A stretch of DNA of 64,000 nt from Fibrobacterales bacterium. GTDB taxonomy: Bacteria; Fibrobacterota; Fibrobacteria; Fibrobacterales; JAOPTW01. Below the pieces are notes generated by a model. That model had not been told where the DNA came from, did not search any database, and worked only from the letters and a program-made list of their open reading frames with translations. Below, piece by piece: positions 58,267-64,000 of this stretch; within the stretch, counting starts at the first letter, position 1, and each line of letters opens with the position of its first letter. The stretch lies in contig JAOPTW010000018.1 in NCBI GenBank assembly GCA_051532035.1, forward strand, positions 5,770-69,769. Reading direction: 5' to 3'. The position numbers and the translations under genes are program-made.

Positions 58267-59981
58267 GTAATAAAGGATTCGTAACAGTAGATACTTTAAA
58301 AGTACCGATAGATAATGAGCGAAATGTCTTAGAAATAATCCGTAAAGGAAATATAGACCTTCCTACATTTTGTTACCACTCAGAACTGAGTATCTATGGC
58401 GCCTGTAGGCTCTGTGTCGTAGAGCTCAATGGACAATCTGTTCAGGCGTCGTGTTCTATTGCCCCCAAAGATGGTATGGTTGTTAAAACTAATACCGCAG
58501 AACTACGAGAAATGAGAAAAATATCTCTTGAATTATTGCTCGCTAACCATGATAATAACTGTACCTCCTGCAGTAAAAATAGTGACTGTAAATTAAGAGA
58601 GATTTCTGCCAAGGTAGGGGTTGAGTCAATTCGTTATAAGCAAAATACGCCCAAACATCCTATTGATGAGAGTGCTCCGGTAACGCGAAATCCAAACAAA
58701 TGTATTCTGTGTGGAGACTGTGTTCGGTATTGCAAAGAGGTGCAGGGCATTGGGGCGATTGACTTTGCCTATCGAGGCTCAGAGTGTGTAGTCCAGCCAG
58801 TTTTTGGAAACAACATGAGTGATGTTGAGTGTGTCTATTGTGGGCAATGTGCTCGTGTTTGTCCAACTGATGGTATAAATATTAAATCACAAACAAATGA
58901 TGTATGGAGTACCTTATCAGATGGTTCCAAAACGGTATATGCGCATATTGCACCAGCGGTGCGAGCGGCATTTGGCGAAATGTTTAATTTAGGCCCTCAA
59001 GACGATATCGTTGGTAGAATTGTGACAGGCTTGAGGATGCTTGGGTTCGATAAAGTATATGATACCTCTTTTGGGGCAGATATGACTGTATGGGAAGAAG
59101 GAACAGAGTGTATTAGTCGTATTGAAAATGATGGGGTACTCCCTATTATGACATCGTGTTGTCCTGCTTGGGTTAAATATGTTGAGCATAATTATCATGA
59201 AGTACTTCCAAATCTATCGAGTTGTAAATCTCCTCAAGGAATGATGAGCTCAATGATTAAAGAGTATCATAATAAAGAAGACTCAATTGCTCGTAAAGAT
59301 ATGGTGACGGTTGCAATAATGCCCTGCTCTGCCAAAAAATTTGAAGCCGACCGTCCTGAATTATCAAAAGATGGATTCCAGGATACTGATTATGTGGTCA
59401 CAACAAAAGAGCTTGGAGATATGTTCAAACAAGCAGGGATAGACTGTGCGTCTCTTACTCCATCGTCAATAGATCTTCCTCTCGGATTTAAAACAGGTGG
59501 AGCGGTACTCTTTGGGAATAGTGGTGGAGTCAGCGAAGCGGTACTCAGGTATGTACAAGAGAAGCTTACAGGCAAGACTAATGAGCAAATAGTATTTGAC
59601 GAAGTAAGAGGTAATGAAGGACTTCGTGAAGCGTCAATTTCCATTGGTGGCAAAGAAATTCGTCTCGCAATAGTACATGGGTTGGGTAATGCCAAAAAAG
59701 TGTGCGAAGAAATTAAAGATGGTGTATCTCCCTATCATATAGTAGAGGTGATGTCATGCCCTAATGGGTGTGTAGGAGGAGCTGGGCAGCCAGTGCCAGA
59801 AAGTCTTGATCACATTATAAAACGAAAAGATGCGCTGTACAATGCAGACGCAACCAGTCAGCTTCACAAACCTCAAGAGAACATTTATGCGGCTTCTCTG
59901 TACGAAAAGCACGTGGGAAGTGTCGGTGGTCATGCTGCTCATGATCTGTTTCATACTACATATACTCCAAGAGAAATATAA
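58263..59981 (+). CDS. hydA: [FeFe]-hydrogenase catalytic subunit (group A3)
   Basis: H-cluster motifs P1 'TSCCPAW', P2 'MPCSAKKFE', P3 'EVMSCPNGCVGGAGQP'; N-terminal 2Fe-2S, His-ligated and 2x4Fe-4S domains. Confidence 0.95.
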   Translation: MSNKGFVTVDTLKVPIDNERNVLEIIRKGNIDLPTFCYHSELSIYGACRLCVVELNGQSVQASCSIAPKDGMVVKTNTAELREMRKISLELLLANHDNNCTSCSKNSDCKLREISAKVGVESIRYKQNTPKHPIDESAPVTRNPNKCILCGDCVRYCKEVQGIGAIDFAYRGSECVVQPVFGNNMSDVECVYCGQCARVCPTDGINIKSQTNDVWSTLSDGSKTVYAHIAPAVRAAFGEMFNLGPQDDIVGRIVTGLRMLGFDKVYDTSFGADMTVWEEGTECISRIENDGVLPIMTSCCPAWVKYVEHNYHEVLPNLSSCKSPQGMMSSMIKEYHNKEDSIARKDMVTVAIMPCSAKKFEADRPELSKDGFQDTDYVVTTKELGDMFKQAGIDCASLTPSSIDLPLGFKTGGAVLFGNSGGVSEAVLRYVQEKLTGKTNEQIVFDEVRGNEGLREASISIGGKEIRLAIVHGLGNAKKVCEEIKDGVSPYHIVEVMSCPNGCVGGAGQPVPESLDHIIKRKDALYNADATSQLHKPQENIYAASLYEKHVGSVGGHAAHDLFHTTYTPREI

Positions 59982-59991
59982 GGAACATCTT

Positions 59992-60222
59992 ATGAAAACA
60001 TTGGTGCTCTGTATGGGAAGTTCTTGTTTTGCCCGTGGAAACGATACAATGCTCAAAGGAGTGCAAGAGTATATACTCGAGCACTCTTGTGATGCATTGG
60101 AAGTGAAGGGCGAGCTTTGTTGTGAATATTGTAATGGAGGACCAAATATATATTTAGATGGTGCTGCGGTATCAGTTTCTAGTCCAGATCAATTGATAAA
60201 ACTTATTCGAGAACAGGTATGA
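59992..60222 (+). CDS. Small thioredoxin-like [2Fe-2S] ferredoxin (HfsA-like)
   Basis: MKTLVLCMGSSCFARGN...LCCEYCNGGPNI; RBS AAGGA; true start at 59992. Confidence 0.85.
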   Translation: MKTLVLCMGSSCFARGNDTMLKGVQEYILEHSCDALEVKGELCCEYCNGGPNIYLDGAAVSVSSPDQLIKLIREQV

Positions 60223-61931
60223 CAACTTATAAGCCGATATATACAGAGGTGTGCGAATGTAGAGATTGTTACAAATGCGTAAGGGCGTGTTCTGTTAAAG
60301 CAATAAAGATTGATGATGGTAAGGCAGAGATATTAGAGGATCAATGTCTGTACTGTGGCGAATGTTATTTGGTGTGCCCTTCAAAGGCAAAACGGGTGAG
60401 TGCAGAGAGTGGTGTTGTAAAGGAGCTCCTTAATACAAAACCTGTGTTACTCTCCCTTGCACCAAGTTATCTATCTGATTTCACTGATTATACAAAAGAT
60501 CAATTGGTCAATGCGTGTAAATCGATTGGTTTTTCGGAAGTCTTAGAGACCGCGGAAGGGGCTGATTATTTAAATGAAGTGTATAAGAGGGAGCTAGACC
60601 AGTATAAGTCTTTGGTGATTAGTGCCGCGTGCCCCTCGATTGTACTTCTTGTACAAAAATATTACCCGCATTTAGTTCCCTATCTCTCTTCACATGCATC
60701 TCCTATGGAGATCCATGCCCGACTATTAAAAGAACGATACGGTGATGGGGTTGCAGTTGTTTTTGCGGGGCCGTGTATTGCAAAAAAATATGAAGCAAAA
60801 GAAAGTGATTCAGCAGTTGATGCCGTTCTAGGTTTTAAAGAACTAAAGGAGCTCCTTGAGCAACGATCAATTCAAGAGGGAGTAGGTGGTGTAGATACAA
60901 GTATCGCCCCGTACAAACTTAAAGAGGGTGTCTTCTACCCCCAAGAGGGTGGTATGTTAAAGGGGATGTCTTTTTTGAATACCTATGGGTATCAGGGAGT
61001 TAATTATTCAGGAGTAAAAACATCAATGTCGGTACTTGAATCTCTTCAAGATTTCAGTACGGATCGATTGTTTGTTGAGCTGTTGGCTTGTGAAGGGGGG
61101 TGCTTGAATGGCCCCCTCAATTCAACTCAGGAATCCATTGTATGTAAATCCCTCCTTCATCAGGGTCAAAAGGTTACTCGTAGGGATGGTGATAGGTGTC
61201 ACCATATTGATGCAGCCATGATTCGGTGTGAGCGTCATTCTATGGCAGTACCATCGAAAAAATACAGCCAATCTGTTATTACTAAGACTCTATCAAGCAT
61301 TGGGAAAACAGCTCCAGAAGACGAGTTGAATTGCAGTGGGTGTGGGTATGACAGCTGTCGTTACTTTGTAGAGGCGCTATTGGGTGGTAAGGCAGAAGTG
61401 GAAATGTGTGTCTCGTATATGAAAAAACGTGCACAAAGAAAAGCTCATGCACTTATTCAATCCATTCCGTCTGGTGTGATGATTGTAGATAATCAATTAA
61501 AAATTGTAGAATCAAATAAACGATGTATCGATATGTTAGGGGGTGACCTATCCGAAATATATGATGCTTTAGGGACAGTACAGGGGGTCTCATTGATTAA
61601 AAAAGTCCCCTTTTATCACTACTTTCAGTCGGTTTTTAATGGGACGGGCGGAACAATAGAAAAAGACGTCAGTTATAATGCGAAGGTATATAGTTTGACA
61701 CTTTTTCCTATTGAATCAGGAGAATTAGTTGGTGCTATAATGGAGGATGTAACGAACCCGGTAGTACAACAAAAACGCATTGTAAGGAGCGCTGAGGAGA
61801 TAATTCGTAAAACAAGTAAGGCAGTTCAGCAAATAGCTTTTTTATTGGGTGAGAATGCAGCTGAGTCAGAAATTCTGTTGCGAACAATTGCTCAGGCATA
61901 TACGCCTCCAAAGAGTGAAACTATTGAGTAA
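60219..61931 (+). CDS. hydS: Sensory [FeFe]-hydrogenase-like protein with PAS domain (group C1, HydS/HfsB-like)
   Basis: 'CRDCYKCVRAC'; variant H-cluster motifs 'ISAACP', 'GPCIAKKYE', 'ELLACEGGCLNG'; 'NCSGCGYDSC'; C-terminal PAS. Confidence 0.85.
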   Translation: MTTYKPIYTEVCECRDCYKCVRACSVKAIKIDDGKAEILEDQCLYCGECYLVCPSKAKRVSAESGVVKELLNTKPVLLSLAPSYLSDFTDYTKDQLVNACKSIGFSEVLETAEGADYLNEVYKRELDQYKSLVISAACPSIVLLVQKYYPHLVPYLSSHASPMEIHARLLKERYGDGVAVVFAGPCIAKKYEAKESDSAVDAVLGFKELKELLEQRSIQEGVGGVDTSIAPYKLKEGVFYPQEGGMLKGMSFLNTYGYQGVNYSGVKTSMSVLESLQDFSTDRLFVELLACEGGCLNGPLNSTQESIVCKSLLHQGQKVTRRDGDRCHHIDAAMIRCERHSMAVPSKKYSQSVITKTLSSIGKTAPEDELNCSGCGYDSCRYFVEALLGGKAEVEMCVSYMKKRAQRKAHALIQSIPSGVMIVDNQLKIVESNKRCIDMLGGDLSEIYDALGTVQGVSLIKKVPFYHYFQSVFNGTGGTIEKDVSYNAKVYSLTLFPIESGELVGAIMEDVTNPVVQQKRIVRSAEEIIRKTSKAVQQIAFLLGENAAESEILLRTIAQAYTPPKSETIE

Positions 61932-61934
61932 TAT

Positions 61935-63116
61935 ATGAAAGAATATCATGTTGAAGTTGATTGGTGTTGCGTAAATAAAAACAATAATCTGGTATGTGGC
62001 GATACGGTATTGGTTAAGCGCATTAAGTCAGAAGATCGTATAATTTCGGTATTAGCAGATGGATTGGGGAGCGGAATAAAGGCAAATGTACTGTCTGCCA
62101 TGACAAGTGCAATGGCTATAAAATGCGTATCAAGTGAGATGGATATACGGCAAGTAGCAGAAACCATTATGAAGACTCTTCCTGAGTGTAGTGTTCGGAA
62201 AATTGCCTATTCTACCTTTATTATTTTTGATATTAGGTCTGACGGATTTATTCAGGTTATAGAATATTCTACACCACCTTCAGTCGTTGTTAGGGACGAA
62301 AAGGTGTTGCGTTTATCGAGACAAAGCATTGAGTTTGACACAAAGAATACTTTAGAAAATAAGGTATCATATTATTCATTTAAGGCTCGGAGGGGAGACC
62401 GTATCGTTGCCTATTCGGATGGGGTGACCCAAGCGGGTATTGGCTCGAGTTCTCGTCCTTTTGGTTGGGGGGATGATGCTCCGATAAGCTTTATTCTTAA
62501 CGCTGTAAATAAAAACGCAGATATTTCGTCAAGAGACCTTTCTCGAGCAGTTATTACGCAGTCCAATACTATTGATGGCGGTCTTCCCAAAGATGACACG
62601 AGCTGTCTAGTGCATTATTTTAGATGTGCCCGAAAATTGTTGATTGTTTCGGGGCCTCCTCATGATGAGAGTAGAGACGGCGAGCTGATAAAAAGTATAC
62701 AAGAATTTGAGGGCGCAAAAGTTATTTGTGGTGGGACGACTGCAAAAATAGTTGCTCGTCAAATGAAGATGCCGTTAAGTATGGCTGATTTTGATACTAG
62801 TGGAATGGTGCCCCCGGCATCACAGCTTACAGGATTTGAATTGGTGACCGAAGGGTGTATCACTCTTTCGCGTCTTATAGAAGTATTGGATGATGATTCT
62901 GGTGGCGGTGTCTTGCCAAACAGTGTTTTAGGGCGGTTGAAAAAACAAATTATTGAGTCCGATAGCATAACATTTGTTGTGGGGACAAAAGTTAATGAGG
63001 CCCATCAGGATCCAAGATTTTTATCCGATCTCGACTTGCGAAAGAATATTATTAAGAGGCTCTCAGTGCTTTTAGAGAAAAAGTATATGAAAAGAATTGA
63101 GCTCAATTTTATCTAG
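61935..63116 (+). CDS. SpoIIE/PP2C family Ser/Thr phosphatase (HfsC-like)
   Basis: 'CGD', 'LADGLGSGIKANVL', 'YSDGVTQAG', 'KDDTS', 'ICGGTTA'. Confidence 0.88.
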   Translation: MKEYHVEVDWCCVNKNNNLVCGDTVLVKRIKSEDRIISVLADGLGSGIKANVLSAMTSAMAIKCVSSEMDIRQVAETIMKTLPECSVRKIAYSTFIIFDIRSDGFIQVIEYSTPPSVVVRDEKVLRLSRQSIEFDTKNTLENKVSYYSFKARRGDRIVAYSDGVTQAGIGSSSRPFGWGDDAPISFILNAVNKNADISSRDLSRAVITQSNTIDGGLPKDDTSCLVHYFRCARKLLIVSGPPHDESRDGELIKSIQEFEGAKVICGGTTAKIVARQMKMPLSMADFDTSGMVPPASQLTGFELVTEGCITLSRLIEVLDDDSGGGVLPNSVLGRLKKQIIESDSITFVVGTKVNEAHQDPRFLSDLDLRKNIIKRLSVLLEKKYMKRIELNFI

Positions 63117-63124
63117 AGGGGGGT

Positions 63125-63169
63125 ATATTACAGCCATCCGATAATTGCCTTATCGGATGGCTGTAATAT
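63125..63169. terminator. Perfect 20-bp-stem hairpin between convergent operons
   Basis: ATATTACAGCCATCCGATAA-ttgcc-TTATCGGATGGCTGTAATAT. Confidence 0.75.
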
Positions 63170-63260
63170 GATTTCTTAACGAACGAACAGTGTAAACGAT
63201 TATCTATATGCTTTTAGGTTAGCCTCGGGAGTAATCGTATGATTACTCATTGAAATGTAT

Positions 63261-63995
63261 TTATTCAGCATCTCTCATTGCGCTTTTCATCTCTCTCACC
63301 GCTCTATCGAGTCCAACAAGAACAGAGCGACTTATGATTGAATGACCAATATTGAGCTCTTCAATGCCGTCAATTGCTGCGATATAGCCAACATTTTGAT
63401 AATTAAGGCCATGGCCCGCATTAACTCGTAGCCCATATTTTTGTGCAAGTACAGTCTGGTCTTTAATTTGAATAAGTTCTCGCTCCAGCTCTTTTGCTTC
63501 ACCTAAATCATAGGCATTCGCAAAGGCACCAGTGTGAATTTCTATATAATCAGCGCCCGCCTTTTTCGCTGCTTTCACCTGTGATGTTTCTGGGTCTATA
63601 AAGAGACTGACAGCAATATCATGAGTTTTTAACGCCTGGATGGCTTTGCTGATTTCATCAATTTTACCGGCTACATTGAGGCCACCTTCAGTGGTGATCT
63701 CTTCTCTACTCTCTGGTACAAGAGTAACCATGTCTGGGAGTAGAGATATGGCAATTTGTACCATAGCTGCTGTAGGAGCCATCTCTAAATTGAGATGAGT
63801 TTGTACGGTTTGACGAAGGAGTCTCACGTCTCTTTCTTGAATGTGACGCCTATCTTCTCGTAGATGAACGGTAATACCGTCAGCACCTGCAAGTTCTGCT
63901 ATTACAGCGCCTGCAATAGGGTCGGGTTCGCGGATCTTTCGTGCTTCACGAATAGTGGCAATATGGTCTATGTTTACACCGAGATTTTTTGACAT
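63261..63995 (-). CDS. pdxJ: Pyridoxine 5'-phosphate synthase
   Basis: '[15 protein letters not shown]', '[13 protein letters not shown]', 'TTEGGL', 'IEIHTG', 'NAGHGL', 'LNIGHSII'. Confidence 0.97.
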   Translation of the reverse strand: MSKNLGVNIDHIATIREARKIREPDPIAGAVIAELAGADGITVHLREDRRHIQERDVRLLRQTVQTHLNLEMAPTAAMVQIAISLLPDMVTLVPESREEITTEGGLNVAGKIDEISKAIQALKTHDIAVSLFIDPETSQVKAAKKAGADYIEIHTGAFANAYDLGEAKELERELIQIKDQTVLAQKYGLRVNAGHGLNYQNVGYIAAIDGIEELNIGHSIISRSVLVGLDRAVREMKSAMRDAE

Positions 63996-64000
63996 AAGGA

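Noticed and set aside
59830..59991. N-terminal extension of the 130-aa ORF
   Set aside because: It overlaps hydA; the ferredoxin begins at ATG 59992 with an RBS.
8287..62968. Many 60-150 aa ORFs antisense to or nested within long CDSs
   Set aside because: No recognisable motifs or RBS; these are expected shadow ORFs.

Overview
AT-rich chromosomal window from a bacterium that is most probably a Fibrobacterota member. This is inferred from a FISUMP/Fib_succ_major domain, a fibro-slime protein, Ser-rich lipoprotein linkers and T9SS-like C-terminal domains. (i) 1-38 kb: mostly secreted or surface multidomain proteins: CBM4/9, F5/8-CBM32, a GH5 cellulase-like enzyme, a GH141-like beta-helix, an atypical GH9-like protein, DUF5060, a CotH kinase, two IgGFc-binding paralogs and a fibro-slime protein. 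(ii) 38-48 kb: signalling cluster with two extended bacteriohemerythrins, PAS histidine kinases and HD-GYP/HDOD response regulators. (iii) 48-64 kb: MGMT, FKBP PPIase, M64 peptidase, a kinase/IMPase pair, and rex divergent from a trimeric bifurcating [FeFe]-hydrogenase plus sensory HydS/SpoIIE module, then pdxJ. The most unusual stretch is 1.9-8 kb. A 35-bp motif recurs once per intergenic space in the same orientation, one copy is part of a 140-bp attC-like hairpin, and the stretch also holds gene fragments, a duplicated gene tail and an internally deleted toxin. It resembles a gene-cassette array, but no integrase is present in the window. Other points: four variant Rex-like operators (TCGWTA-N6-TAWCGA) and a probable ATA start codon. 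I saw no rRNA, tRNA, CRISPR array or intact transposase. All family calls are from motif recognition by eye; no searches were run.
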